A stretch of DNA of 64,000 nt from the human T2T-CHM13v2.0 reference genome, Homo sapiens: assembly GCF_009914755.1 (NCBI RefSeq), contig NC_060930.1; one strand, given 5' to 3'. The notes under the pieces were generated by a model. It was not told the origin of the DNA. It saw only the letters and a program-made list of their open reading frames with translations, and did no database searches. Below, piece by piece: positions 45,019 through 59,336 of this stretch. The position numbers and the translations under genes were made by a program. The number at the start of each line of letters is the position of its first letter. Within the stretch, counting starts at the first letter, position 1.

Positions 45019-45325
45019 AAAGATAAATGAAAACATTCTAAAGAAGAAAGATGGACTGCAATCACTCAACCCACAGTGGACTTTGCAGGACTGAGAAGTA
45101 AATGCTGATATGTAAAGCTACAGAGATTTCTGGGTTAATTTGTTTCCATAGCTTATAAACTACCAAGAGAGGTAGGACTTACAAATATGCTCTTTTCTAA
45201 TTAGAGGTGGGGCAATGCTATGTAGTATGTCAGGGTTTCAAAAATCATTGTTTTGGGACTCAACCCCATTCCTGCAATTTACTCATTTTATGGCCTTAGT
45301 CAAAAGTTACTTCTCTGTAGCTTAG

Positions 45326-45326
<1 letters not shown>

Positions 45327-45360
<34 letters not shown>

Positions 45361-45642
45361 GAGATGGAGTCTCGCTCTGTCACCCAGGCTGGAGTGCTAT
45401 GACACGATCTTGGCTCAATGCAACTTCCGTCTGCTGGGTTCAAGCGATTCTCTTGCCTCAGCCTCCCGAGAAGCTGGGGCTAATGGCATGTGCCACTACG
45501 CCTGGCTAATTTTTGTATTTTTAGTAGAGGCAAGGTTTCACCATGTTGGCCAGGCTGCTCTTGAATTCCTGACCTCAGGCGATCCGCCTGCCTCAGCCTC
45601 CCAAAGTGTTGGGATTACAGGTGTGAGCCACCACGCCCGGCC
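45327..45642 (-). mobile_element. AluS inserted in a MIR
   Basis: Antisense Alu; TSD AGTTTTCTT; MIR-like flanks. Confidence 0.92.
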
Positions 45643-45889
45643 AGTTTTCTTGTCTATAAAATTCTTCTTATCTGCTAGGTTTGTCTTGAGAATTAAGTAT
45701 TATAGCACCTTAAACAGTACCTGGCATATGGAAAGCAGGTTATAAATGGTAGATAATGTTATTAGCAAGATGACAAACTAGAGTTCCAAAATTACTTAAA
45801 ATTCTAGTCCTGCTTAGAAATAAAATTGTATTTTTAATCATTCAAGTGCAATTTATAGTTTAACATTATATACTTAAAGTCAGTTTCTG

Positions 45890-46340
45890 AATTCATTCAT
45901 TGGGCAAATATTTATTGTATCCCTACTATGTGCCAGGCACTGATCCTGGCACAGGAGAATCAGTGATGAACGAAACAGAGAGAAGTGCTTGCCCTGTGGG
46001 GCTGAACTTCTACCTCAGAGGTCTTGCGCTACAGTGGAAGCAGAAGAGGAGCTCAGAGGTGGAAGGTTCTTGTTCTAGTCTGAAGTCAGAAACAAAACAA
46101 CTTGTTGACTCAAGGGATGTTGGGTATGGAATCAGGGATTACTTTTAAGATCTCAGGCGGCCAAATGGAAGGAAGGATTTGCCACTAATGAACCTGGGAA
46201 GACCGTGGGGAGAACAGTTTGGGAATGGTCAGGAATTCAGTTTTGTGCCATGACAGGTCTGAGCTATCCATCAGTGACGCCAAGTCAGCAGACAGAAACA
46301 CAACTTGGGAGTTCAGGGGAGAGGGCTGGGCAAGAGATTT
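45890..46340 (-). mobile_element. L2 fragment
   Basis: TTCATTCAT...TATTTATTG...TGTGCCAGGCAC L2 3' end signature. Confidence 0.65.
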
Positions 46341-49300
46341 AAGCTGAGGGGTCATAAGACTTACCTAGGAGAGTCTCTGGACTTAAAAGATTAATATCCC
46401 TTTAATGTCCACATCAGAAGTGGATAGTAATGTTGATAAACTATATTTCTATTTACACTTCTACTTTCCTAGCTCCTTTTTTATATAAGAAATTCTGCCT
46501 TCATTAAAGGTCTATAGCTAACGAAAGTTGCTTCCAGTTCAGAAGTTTTCCTTCTAAAGCAGGCAATTAATATTTTATAGGATTATTGTTTTCATCAAGG
46601 CAAAAAAATAATCAACATGTTTTGAGAATAGAAATGTACATTAAATGTACATTAAAGCATGCTTAACCCATTTATCCTCCAGCCAGCTTCCTTATGCTAG
46701 AGGTTAGAGTGGGGAGCAGCCGGGTCCCTCCATCTGCCATCAGTCAGCCTCACAAAGCTTATGTCTGCACTAACAACCATGGCGACCAGCGAAACAAGCC
46801 AGGACGCTGGAGGGCCCTGGTGAGGTGTCTTCGGATGCAGCACTAATGACACTGCTGCGACTATTAGTGTCTGCAATTCAACTCAACTTCTTCCAGTATT
46901 TATTTATGCACTGAATTGTTTGTATTTCCCATGAAATAAAATCAAAGAACAAAGCCAGTACACATAAAGCTTACAACGACTTAGAGAGCTAAGACTTAAC
47001 ATGTAATCAATACTATGGCTGAAAAGCAAACCCACAGATGTTAGACTTAGAAAAGAGGAAAAAGAGTATCTTGCTCAATGCAAAACTTAGGATTAAAACA
47101 AACCAAAACAAAAAATCCAGATAACCGAAACATGTGTTTGTTTATTTACTACTTTTAAAGAAATGATTAAAGTCTAACATGGTTATTAACAGTTGTTAAA
47201 TTTAAAAATCCAATAATAAAATTATCTTCTTTCTGTATAATGGCTATGAATTTATAGCTTGTAGAATAAAACTTACTGAGGAAGAAAAAAATGAGAACCC
47301 AAAAGGATGGCAGTGAAATCCATCTGTACCATTATTCATGGGCTACAACCTCAGTATCTGATCACAGTCTTATCTGATGTGTCTCATCACATCATTTTGG
47401 GTAATTTATTCATAACATTTCCTGAATCTCTATAGTTATACTCCACAAATCTAAGTGGAAGCAATAACAAGAAAACTCAGGGCACCACACACACAAAAAT
47501 ACCTGTAGGTTTAGTGATCAGATTCTAGTCAAAAGTTGTTGCTGGGTTTTCTTTTTTCTTTTATTGAAAAAAATACATATGTTAAAAAACTTTCTTCTGA
47601 ATGATTATTTTGAAAATTAACAATTTTATGAATTCAGGTTCCAGACAAGTCAAGAATACCAGGGAAAAAAGGGAGTCTCAACTCTCATTTGCAAGGCACG
47701 ACATTGTTAAAAATATTTCAGACCACATTCTTGAACTGAGGACATAAAATAATACATTATATCTTTCAACATAGAGAAAATTTCAAAAATAAGTTATAAC
47801 TATGTGACTAAAACATTATATTAAAAGAAAAGAAGGCCTTTTTGTGAGCACCCAAATAATTCCTCCTCTGTACACAGTGACACAAAAGCATTTTTAGCTT
47901 TCAGGTTTCAACAAATCCTGTTGTAACAACAATTCCCTCCCTTCCCCGCCTCTCCTTTCTTAATTCTCCCACATCTCAAAAAATGAGATGGAGAACCTGG
48001 TATTTATCTTCTAACACCATCAGCAGTTTTTACCTCTCAGATTTCTACGTTGTCCTTTATTTGCTTTTTTCAAGTTAACTTATTGGAGCTTTATAAACAT
48101 ATCCAGAATTTCTGAAATAAGCCTCACGTATATGGTTTTTCTTCACCATAACTAACTGAGGTTAATTTGAAGACAACTGACCGAAGGAGTTAAGACAGTG
48201 AAGGCTACTGACAAAAGGTATGGTAAATAAAACCTGTCTTAATGCTTAGAGATCTAAGAATAGGTCTTTCGGTATTATTTAGTTCGAATTATAAGCAGTA
48301 AATCTGCTTTTAAATATTATTTTTGATATAAATAAACCTTGTCTGGAAAGCTGACTTTACATTTTAGTGAAATCTACAACAGACTTTCTGTTGGCGAGTA
48401 GTTCATAAACTGAAGGTGCCTGGGTTCTGTTCTGTGTGCACTGTGTTTTGGGACCATGAGAGAGTTTTCACTGTAGACCATGTAAGTGTTTACATGCGAC
48501 CCCTCCCCTCTGCTTCTGCTTGCCTTCACAGTATTTCTCTACCACCACCACCACAGCTGCTGGAACAAAGTGTGCCTTTATTCTCTACGAGATAGAAATT
48601 TTGAGAGAACAGGCCACAAACGGTATTATACTCGTGGCTGGAGGGTAAAGCGCAATGCAGCTAAAATGCCAGTATATTTGTATGAGCAGAAAGTGACCTT
48701 CATTTGGAGAACAAATTCTTTCTACATAAGTTCTCTATGCAGAAAAAAAAGCATTTGAATCCAATATTCAACAGTAAGCAAGCACTATGCTAATTAAATG
48801 ACACGTCATATTGTTTACACTGATTTTGGCTGTCTGTAATTGATCACTGCCAGTACTTGTTAATCATGATGAACAAACTGTCTTCATGTCTGAAATATAC
48901 TGAAAGTTATAAAATATATCAGTTAATGGGAAGAAAAGGATTATAATTGGTAAGCTGAACATAGATTGACAACAAAGGTTATTCAGTCAAAGTAGAAAGA
49001 AAGAGAGAGGGAGAGAGAAAAGTGAGCAAGCAGATGCTGTTAGAAAATGTTCCAGCAACCCCACACTTGAAGAATCCCTAAGCTGAAAATGGTCCAGAGG
49101 CAGTAATTTAGCAAGCTGGCTGGAGTCCGAAATGCTAAAACCTAAACTTGAAAGCAGCTATTACAAAACTGTAAACATGTGCTTGATTTTTTTTCTAGAA
49201 ACTTTAACTTTTGTTCTATTTTGGTCTAAGTTTGGAAAACAGAAAAGAAACTGTATGATAGCAGGTGAATCCTAGGCACACTGATGTCTACAGATAAGTC

Positions 49301-50956
49301 TGACTCTTAAGAACTTAAAATCCTAGGGAAATCCTTTTCTAAAATGGTAAGATTTACATTTTCAGATTATGAACAAAAACAGAACAGCACAATCCAGATA
49401 GTCTAGGATCTAATGTCTTAGAGAATCAATGTTTGTAGCTATGCAAAGTTTATACTTTAAATATAGGCAATGGATTAGTACTATTTCAAATATTTAACCA
49501 AAGCCAGGCATCAATCTCCTTGCCGAGTCATCTGAAGCTGAGCCATGTGGCCTATTAACATCCTCTACAGTCCTTTTTTTCCTTGGTGGGGAGGGGAGTG
49601 GGTGAAGTAGACAGTTAATGGTGCTTTTTGCCTCCAGATACAGTGTTTTCCCTGGTTCCCAAGGGAAACACACAGGGGGAGAAAGAATTTCAGCAGGAAG
49701 TGTTGTGGTAAAAGGGGAAAGGATGCGGGATGACCCTGTGAGGTAGGAGGGGTGGAGAGAGATCTGGACGCTGCAGGTTGGCTGCTGAAGACTGTATGAC
49801 ATGGGGTGATATCCTATCTGAACATTCTGATCTGAAAAAACAAGGATGCTTGAGATTGTCTGTCTGAGGTTTCTTTCAGCTCCAAGATTCTATGAAAATA
49901 AATCAGCCCAAGGAAGGAAGAGAAAAAGGGAAAAGATCCAAATAATTTTAAACATCAATTGTCACAATACATAAGAAATAAAAATACTAATAATGATGTC
50001 AATTTTAAATTACTGAGGACTTTCTGTGGCTTAAATATTGGTCTAAGCCCTTAAAATGTATTAACTTATTTAACCCTATGAACGAAGTATTTCAATCCTC
50101 CCCATTTTCCAGAAGAGGATACTGAGGCACAGAGAGGTATAAAGCTAAGAACTGGCCCAAGTGTCTTTGACTCAAGAGCCTGTATCACCTTTTGTAAAAT
50201 ACATATGAATCACGACAGAGCCACTTTAGCATACCATTCAAAATTAACTCAGAATGACAAAGAAAGTCAGTACTGCAGTATTTCAGAAACCATTACATTT
50301 TTCTCAAATAAGGCAGTAAGCAGTGCCAGATGGGCTAGATAGGGGAACAGGAATAGAAAGATGGAATCGAAAGCCTTTTTGTTTCTTAAAACACAGCCAA
50401 GCCACAAAGTAGGTGGTCTTTTCCTTCCTCTTAAAAATAAACAAAGAAAATAAAGGGTTAATTTATTTCTGGTATCCTTTCACATACAACTAATGATGTG
50501 GTTATTTCTGGTATGTATTTTTGAGATCTGCCATCACTACTTCTGAATTGTTCAGAATAGCCGGCTTCATTTGGGCCAGGAAATGATTCTGGTCCCAATT
50601 AGAAAGGACCTCATGTTCTTATATACAAAAAACAGTGGCTTAATTGTTTTGAGTACCAGGCACCTGAAGTAAAACAAGTACTAACCTCAGTCAGGATTTT
50701 GCAAACAGGTATTAACTAGAACTTAGGGATAACCATGCCAGTGACTCAGACTTCTTTCCACTGCTGTCCTTCCTCCTCAAATGGTTCACTTGGGCTATGT
50801 GCCTGGCACTGTGGGTGTGTCATAAAGATCTGTTTATGAAAGCCACTTCCTAAATACTTTTCTAAAATGTATTTATAAACCATCTTTAAAAGGTGGCCTT
50901 AATTTATTTTCTTCCTTATTATGTATTGAGTATTTTCATTAAAAATAAAATCATTT

Positions 50957-51285
<329 letters not shown>

Positions 51286-51740
51286 CTATAATGCTATTAA
51301 AATTCTTTATCAGATACTATAGCTGGAATTTCAAATGTCTAAATCTCCTAACAACGTACATGTCCACGCTACAGTTTCAGCATATGTTGAGTTTTAAAAA
51401 GAATTAAGTGGGCAACTGCTTTCTTTATGCCCTGTATCAACACCACCCATGCATATCACTCAGACCAGTCTTCAAGGCCTGGTGGGAGCTTTTCTCCTCC
51501 AGCCTACAGCATCCTCATCTGCTTGGGGGCTGGAGAAGGGGGATACTCAGATGTGTTCTTGGCTCCTACTCTAAAGGGAAGCCTTTTGTTTACTTACTTT
51601 CTTTCGCTCAATCCTGGTTTTGCCTTTTTTCCTTAGGCTTTGTTATTTGGTTCTCTACTGCACAGAAATAGATAGAATTCTGACAGCCATCATTGTTAAA
51701 CATCAGGATTTTCTAAGAGGACAGACTTAACAGTAACATC

Positions 51741-52400
51741 ATGGCCTCAGCAGGACTCCAGCTCCTTGCTTTCATCCTGGCCTTATCTGGGGTCTCTGGA
51801 GTGCTCACAGCCACTCTGCTGCCCAACTGGAAGGTGAATGTGGATGTGGACTCCAACATCATAACAGCCATTGTACAGCTGCACGGGCTCTGGATGGACT
51901 GTACGTGGTACAGCACTGGGATGTTCAGCTGTGCCCTGAAACACTCCATTCTGTCCCTCCCCATCCACGTGCAGGCTGCGAGAGCCACCATGGTCCTGGC
52001 GTGTGTTCTGTCTGCTTTGGGGATCTGCACTTCCACAGTAGGAATGAAATGTACTCGCTTAGGAGGGGACAGAGAAACCAAGAGCCATGCTTCCTTTGCT
52101 GGAGGAGTCTGTTTCATGTCTGCAGGAATCTCTAGTTTAATCTCGACAGTGTGGTACACAAAGGAGATCATAGCAAACTTTCTGGATCTGACAGTTCCAG
52201 AAAGCAACAAACATGAACCTGGAGGAGCTATCTATATCGGATTCATTTCTGCAATGCTGTTGTTTATCTCTGGCATGATTTTCTGCACCTCCTGTATAAA
52301 AAGGAATCCAGAAGCTAGACTCGACCCACCCACACAGCAGCCTATCTCTAACACACAGCTCGAGAACAATTCCACACACAATCTGAAGGATTATGTGTAA
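51741..52400 (+). CDS. CLDN20: Claudin-20 (219 aa), single coding exon nested antisense in a TFB1M intron
   Basis: Claudin signature W...GLW..C........C, four hydrophobic segments, C-terminal DYV PDZ-binding motif, strong Kozak atcATGG; acceptor ccttag| at 51636; AATAAA at 52547-52552. Confidence 0.97.
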   Translation: MASAGLQLLAFILALSGVSGVLTATLLPNWKVNVDVDSNIITAIVQLHGLWMDCTWYSTGMFSCALKHSILSLPIHVQAARATMVLACVLSALGICTSTVGMKCTRLGGDRETKSHASFAGGVCFMSAGISSLISTVWYTKEIIANFLDLTVPESNKHEPGGAIYIGFISAMLLFISGMIFCTSCIKRNPEARLDPPTQQPISNTQLENNSTHNLKDYV

Positions 52401-54541
52401 ATAACTGAGTAATGCATATGAAATGGAACTTTTGGGTGCCAAATGGGACTTTTAGATTAAAAAAAAATCAGAATTATGCTTAACTTTCCCTACAAAGAAA
52501 GTAGAATGTAAAATACTTTAACAACTACAAAGTAGTTTAAAATGCCAATAAAACTATCATATACAATTACATCTGTCTGAAGAGTTCTTTATTTTTTCCA
52601 TTATTGTTTCCATGTTTTACTTAAAGATTTATAATTGAAAGAGGTTCTGATTACATTCATAAGGCAATTATTTGATAGCTTTTTCAAGATAATTTGCTGA
52701 TACACCTTTCAAACTGGATTTTATAAAAGAACTAAACTGCCAAGTATAAAAAGTACCTTGCCCTGGTGTTAACCAAGAATATTATCCACTTTGCTATCTG
52801 GTTGGCAACAACACAGCAACTTGCTTCTGTTTTAAAGCTACAGTGTGTGAAAGTACATTAGGAATACAAGAGCTGCCTACTCCATTCAGATGCTGCTAAA
52901 ACCATCCATCCCAAGTCCCCACCTCCTGTGACCAGCCCATTTCTTTTTCATTTTAGAAAACTATCTACATATATTTGTAAGAGCTGACAATATTATATGC
53001 AAACTAAGATTAGGCAGAACTGAAGAAATTGGTAAATGCTACCACAGTAAAGAAAGCCAAACCAAACTAAAATCTCTAGGACTCTTAAAGCATTAAGTAC
53101 AAGCTAAGTGATAAGAACAAAAGTTTGTTTTAAAATGTTTAAGAACTCCCTTCTTCTGCTTCTAGCAAGAGGATTCTCCACAGATTAAGTTCATTTATCC
53201 TATCACATTCTGGATTTACTACCATCCCACTTCCTCTCTCATTTATTCATATTTGGATGATAAAAGTTACCTTTGTCACTTTTTCTCTCAAATTTCATTC
53301 ATGTTAACAAAAACATTCTTACAAATAAGCTGTTTCAATTAATGAATGTCAAAATATATTTTAAAGAATGCTTTTAAAATATAAATTATGATATGTGATT
53401 CAAATATTTTAGCAAGTAAATAAAAATCTAGGAAACACTGCCCACTATTGTTTCTAACAATTTATTTGTTAATTGAAGCTTAGTCATTGTCAATGATTCA
53501 ATGGTAAAGGGGAAAAAAGATTATTTCTTTGTACATTAATAACTCAGGAAGTGGGAAGAATATATTTTACGTAAGTAAATAACTTTCATTTGTGCATACA
53601 GAAATAGACTAACATATCCTATACCTATTTTACTGGGTAGACATTCTCTTCTGCAACAATGTCATTAGCTATTACTGGAATAGCTAAAACGAAAAGGTAT
53701 TATCACAAACGGGAATTAGGAAGGGGATCATTTTGTAGAAGGTTAAATGATTGTTTAAAGTATGTATTCCTTTTGAGTGGTCAAAATGTTATTTTATACA
53801 CAAGTGTCATACTAAAAAGAATTCTGATGCAAAGAATGATTTCATGCAAATTAATGTGCTAGAACTGCTTTGATCCCATTAATAGTTCTTCTCTCACTTT
53901 GCTGAATGTGGCTGGGTTTACATAGTCTATGTAGCCTTTAGTCCTACAGTAAAAGTTATCTTTATATCTGCTATATCATTCTATATATACTTCAAAAATA
54001 ATTTTTATTTAGCTCTGGAGTATTTTCTTCCTAAGTAGAAACACGAATGTTTCAAACTCTCAGAAAACCAGCCATTTTATATGAAATAATGGCCCAGTGT
54101 ATTGTTTGGAAGTGGCAATCCTGCAATAAATGATGTGGAGTCTCTCTATTCCTACAGGAATTCCTATCCCGCTGTGTTCATTCCTCCACCTGCACTCCTC
54201 CCAGCCTCACTCCCTCACTACCAAAGCTCCTGCTCACCCTTCAGGATTCACACGGACCTCTCCTGTAAACTCAATCCTGACAGCCTAGAAGTTCAAGCCC
54301 GCATCTGCACTCGCAGAAAATGCTCTATTTAACAAACTATGAATTTAATAAATGCTCTCATTTAATCCTCACAATAGCTCACATGAGCACACCAAGACTT
54401 AAGTAATGTGTACTGTGTAAAAACGCTCTATTTAAGAAGTCATGAAATTATGAGTTTACATGATTGCATCTCCAACTAGACTGGGAGGTGTGGTGTCATT
54501 TTTAGCTCTGCATTCTCAGTGACATGTCATGGCAAGTGCTT

Positions 54542-54603
54542 CCTAACACATGCCAGTCCTGGTCTAAAACCTAACACATGCCAGTCCTGGCTTAAACCTA
54601 ACA
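54542..54603. repeat. 28-bp tandem duplication (CCTAACACATGCCAGTCCTGG x2)
   Basis: Direct reading. Confidence 0.85.
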
Positions 54604-54938
54604 ACTCTACCAGGTAGGCACTATTCTCAGGATCTTACAGGACACTGAGGGCGACAGAGGTGACATAAGTTCCCTAACTTGCCCAAGTTCACACAGCTAG
54701 TAAGTGGGGAGATGGTTCCAACCTGAGGGAACCAGGTTCTGGAGTCAAACTACCCGGGTGCAAGCCCTGGTGTGGGTGCATGGTTACACAGCATGCATTA
54801 CTTAACTAAGGTCTTGGTTTGCTTAAGAATGGCATCTACCCTCAGAGTTCTCGTGGGGATTAAATGAGATGATACACAGAAAGCAGTTGGTGCACAGAAA
54901 GCATATGACTAGTGTTACTCAATGGTTCTTAGTCTAAT

Positions 54939-55151
54939 CCAGTGGCTCTCCCTGGGGTGAGTTTAGCCTGCAGGGGACATTCGGCAATGCTGGGACACTT
55001 TTTTGGTTATCTTAACTGAGGTAGTGCTACTGGAATCTAGTAGGAAGAGGCCAGGGATGCCTTTATGTATCTTACAATGCACAGGACAGACTCTGGCAAC
55101 AAAGAATTATCTGGCCCCAAATGTCAACAGTTCTGAGTTTGAGAAATCATA
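54939..55151 (+). mobile_element. MER20 (hAT-Charlie)
   Basis: GGGGACATT.GGCAATG, AAAGAATTATCTGGCCCCAAATGTCAA; flanking GTCTAAT duplication. Confidence 0.8.
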
Positions 55152-56224
55152 GTCTAATTTATCGAATATACTTATTCATTCTTCTTTGATAAAAAGTTAC
55201 CAAAACAAAACCCAAAAGACCAAAAATATCATACTTTTTTTTTTTTTAACCTGTGGAGCACGTGTATATCTATACATATGACTGAAGAATTCATCTAGTA
55301 ATTCTGACAAAAATGATAGACTTAAATTAAGTCAGAAGAATTGGGTACAAAATTGGGATGGGTTTGGGAGAAATTTAGGTAATGTCAGAAGCTGGTTAAC
55401 GACTGACTAGTTCTGAGGGTCAGCAGTTGTAAAGGTCTGGGGAGGTGGTGCTTAAGATGACCTCCAAGGTTTAGGCTTGGATGACCTGGGTGGATGATGC
55501 CATTAGTCAGCATAGTGAATAAGAGGTGCAGGGAGGGCAGGCCCACTAGGGTAGTTAGACAGAAGTTCAGTTTTGGATGTGGACAATGTTTTCTCATATG
55601 TCTTTCATCACTATATTGTCAGCTACATGACTTTAGCAAATACTAACTTACTTGACTTTTGAGATTTTTAGCCTAGCCTATAATTCTGCAGAACACTATC
55701 ACATTATTATCATTATCTCCAGTTACTTTTGTATTAATTTCATTGCATTTTATACATACATAAAAGTACTGTCTGCAAAAATGCAATTTTGTTTTTTCCC
55801 TCCTTGGATTTAGAATACTTACCATTTATTCTTGAGCAGTTTATGGAAGCATGCCTAGTACTGAATTAAAATTGTAATAGCAAATACTCTTATCTCTATT
55901 CAACACGTATTTTACCTGATTTTTAAGGAGGATGACTCTGGTACTACTTTAATTATAAAAATGGCTTTTGGTTTATATTTATTTTTATTTTGGACTCAAG
56001 GGCTTTAAAAAAGAATTTGAGGCAACTTATAAAATTGCAGGTATAATAAGTATAAAAACAACTGATAAAGATGAAAGACTAAAGTTACAAACAAAAAGAA
56101 GAGAGAAAAAATGCTATTAAATGTTCCTGGTTGAAGCATGCTAAAGCAATTAAACATGAAACTTAGTTTAGAACTTCCAAGCAACTGCGGCAGAGAGGTG
56201 GCCATGTAAGTAATCTGACAGCTT

Positions 56225-56648
56225 TGTCTACTGGTAGGAAGCTAGACAGGATGCTGTGTCTTGGCCAAGCTCCTTCCACTGGGCCAGGGCAGCCACCCCC
56301 AGCTGCTGGCACTGATGGGTGCTAATGGCTCCCAGAGATGGAGCTGCCTCTACTGGGAAGTGACTGCCCCACTGCTCCCTGCAAAGACTGGCTGGCACAG
56401 GTTCCAATAAGCTGGTCCCTTGCCTCAAGGGAACACAGACGCGTGGGGCAATTTGTGCTACACAGCTTCTCCTCCCGCCGTGGTTCTAGGCTGAAGCTCC
56501 TCCAGGAGGAACAATATGTTTACTTAGCTCTTCCCCTGCCCTTTCCTGCTACCCTCATGCCCCTTCTCCTGAGGGCCCTTGTCAATACATCACCTTTATG
56601 AAAATCCCATCTCAATCTGATTCTAGGAGGAGAATACAAACCAAAGAC
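56225..56648 (+). mobile_element. Old ERVL LTR (LTR16-like)
   Basis: TGT start; 3' end resembling AATAAATCAC...AACCTAAGACA; strongly diverged. Confidence 0.4.
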
Positions 56649-57381
56649 AGAAGAGTCTTAGTTAAGTAGGAAAACACTAGTGTTCTGACCTCATACCAAA
56701 ATGATTCTTGAATACAAGGTAAATATACAGCAGAAATAACATCCTCAATGTCAGATTTCAAAAAACACAAAAGCATGAAAAACAGTTGTCTCTTCTGTGG
56801 ACCCATCCACCCACCAAACTCAAGACTATCTCCCACAGAGGTCAAGGCCTCAATAGCTGTGAACAAGCAGGGTTGGAAGCCTCTAAAACGCTCTTCAAAA
56901 GTCAAGAGTGGATGTCTCAAGTTCCAATCTTTTCTTTATATGTCATGGATATATCATTAATTCATCTACAATTTAATGGACACTATTTATGCTTTAAATG
57001 TGTACCATGTTTGAAGGTAACTTGTTCTATATACCACACTTCCAAATAGGAAAAATTAAATATAAATTCTATATATAGCTTAAAAATTATAATCCTTATT
57101 TTTATATCAGAATACTACAACTTAGTCCATAAATATTTGTTTATATCATAACAATAACAACTACTTTGACTGGCAGCATTCACTGCCAGATACTCATATT
57201 AGGCACTCTGCATTGATTATTTCTATTCCTCACAAATGTCCTTCAAGGGTGGTATTATTGGTCAAATCTGGATGTAGTAAACTCAGCCTATTAACCCGAC
57301 CAAGCTCTCAAAACTAGCAGTACTGGAATTCCAGCAGGTCTAGCTTACTTGGAAGTCTACTGCCTCTACCAGTGTCAATTA

Positions 57382-57816
<435 letters not shown>

Positions 57817-58752
57817 TTATGAAGCCTATCACCATAATTCATAAAAAAAAAAGACAGAATTTTGAGGATCTAGCTAATAGCTCAGTATTTCCCAAACTTG
57901 AGAAATGTGCAGAGTAGCTGAAAAAAAAGATTAAGCGTGGAACCCCAGAAATATGTGGATTCTCAGGGATCTACAGAGGCTAATAGAGAAAAGCTAGCTT
58001 GAGAAACTTAAGAAACAGGTTGTATTCTGTCATGAAAACAATTTTAGTTCTGAATTTGCATTGCAAAAGACATTGTCTTGTAAATGTAAATAATTTCATT
58101 AACAGTGAAATGAAAACACAAAATTAAAAAAATTCTAACTTAAAAGCTACATACTACAGACTCTAATAGTTTAAGAGACACTAAAGTAGACCAATTAATT
58201 AGTCTAATTTTAAGAACCTCAGAGGTTGTCTGTTTTGCAGACACAAAGTATTTTGGGTTCAAATTTTGGGAACTACACTAGAGAGCTTAATAAGAGTAAA
58301 GTTCAGCAGTAATTCAGTTCAACTAGTCAGAACAGGATTGTAATAGTTCAATGGTAGTGAAAGTTCTGCCATTAAAGCTTGATTGAGTTAGTTAAAAGAT
58401 TGAGAAACAGAAGGGACAGCAGACTCTCACAGGAAAAAATCCCGAAAGTGGTTGTAAGTAAGCCCCTCATTGTATCACAAAAGAAATTCTCTATATCTGA
58501 TTCTTAGAGTTTTGATTGAGAATAAGTAATGAATGTTAGTAAATTTCTTCTGAGCATTAATCTCCCTCTCTCAACCACCCAGGAATCTGCCCAACCTCTA
58601 TTTTTAGCGCTTAGCTTATCTTACCTTGTGTTGCAATTATGTGCGTCTAGGACTTTCTCTTCTTGTATGCAGAAGGTTTAGTTAGAGTACTAGCCTTGAA
58701 TTAGTTTATCATCTCTGTAAAAACTCTTCCTCTTTCTTATTTGAGAAAATGA

Positions 58753-59048
<296 letters not shown>

Positions 59049-59189
59049 CAAGAAAATGAATTTTTAAAACATTTGCTCAATGTAACTGTCAGCAAAATAT
59101 TTTCTGGCTTTCTTCAGAACATTTCTGCTTTGCCCTAATATGGTAAAACTACTTCAAAGCAGCAGAGAATTCTTTTAGAACTAAAATTT

Positions 59190-59336
59190 AGCCTGTAATC
59201 CCGGCACTTTGGGAGGCCAAAGCGGGTAGGTCACTGGAGGCCATGAGTTCAAGACCAGCCTGGCCAATATGGCAAAATCCTGTCTCTATGAAAAACTACA
59301 AAAAATAGCCGGTGTGGTGGTGCACACCTACAAGTC
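59190..59336 (+). mobile_element. Truncated Alu fragment
   Basis: Left arm plus the start of the right arm only. Confidence 0.8.

Noticed and set aside
46836-46875. Short hairpin TGCAGCACTAAT...ATTAGTGTCTGCA
   Set aside because: A stem of ~12 bp is too short for a pre-miRNA and there are no snoRNA boxes; plausible by chance
51713-52210. 165-aa ORF antisense to CLDN20
   Set aside because: Shadow ORF with no evidence of splicing into TFB1M
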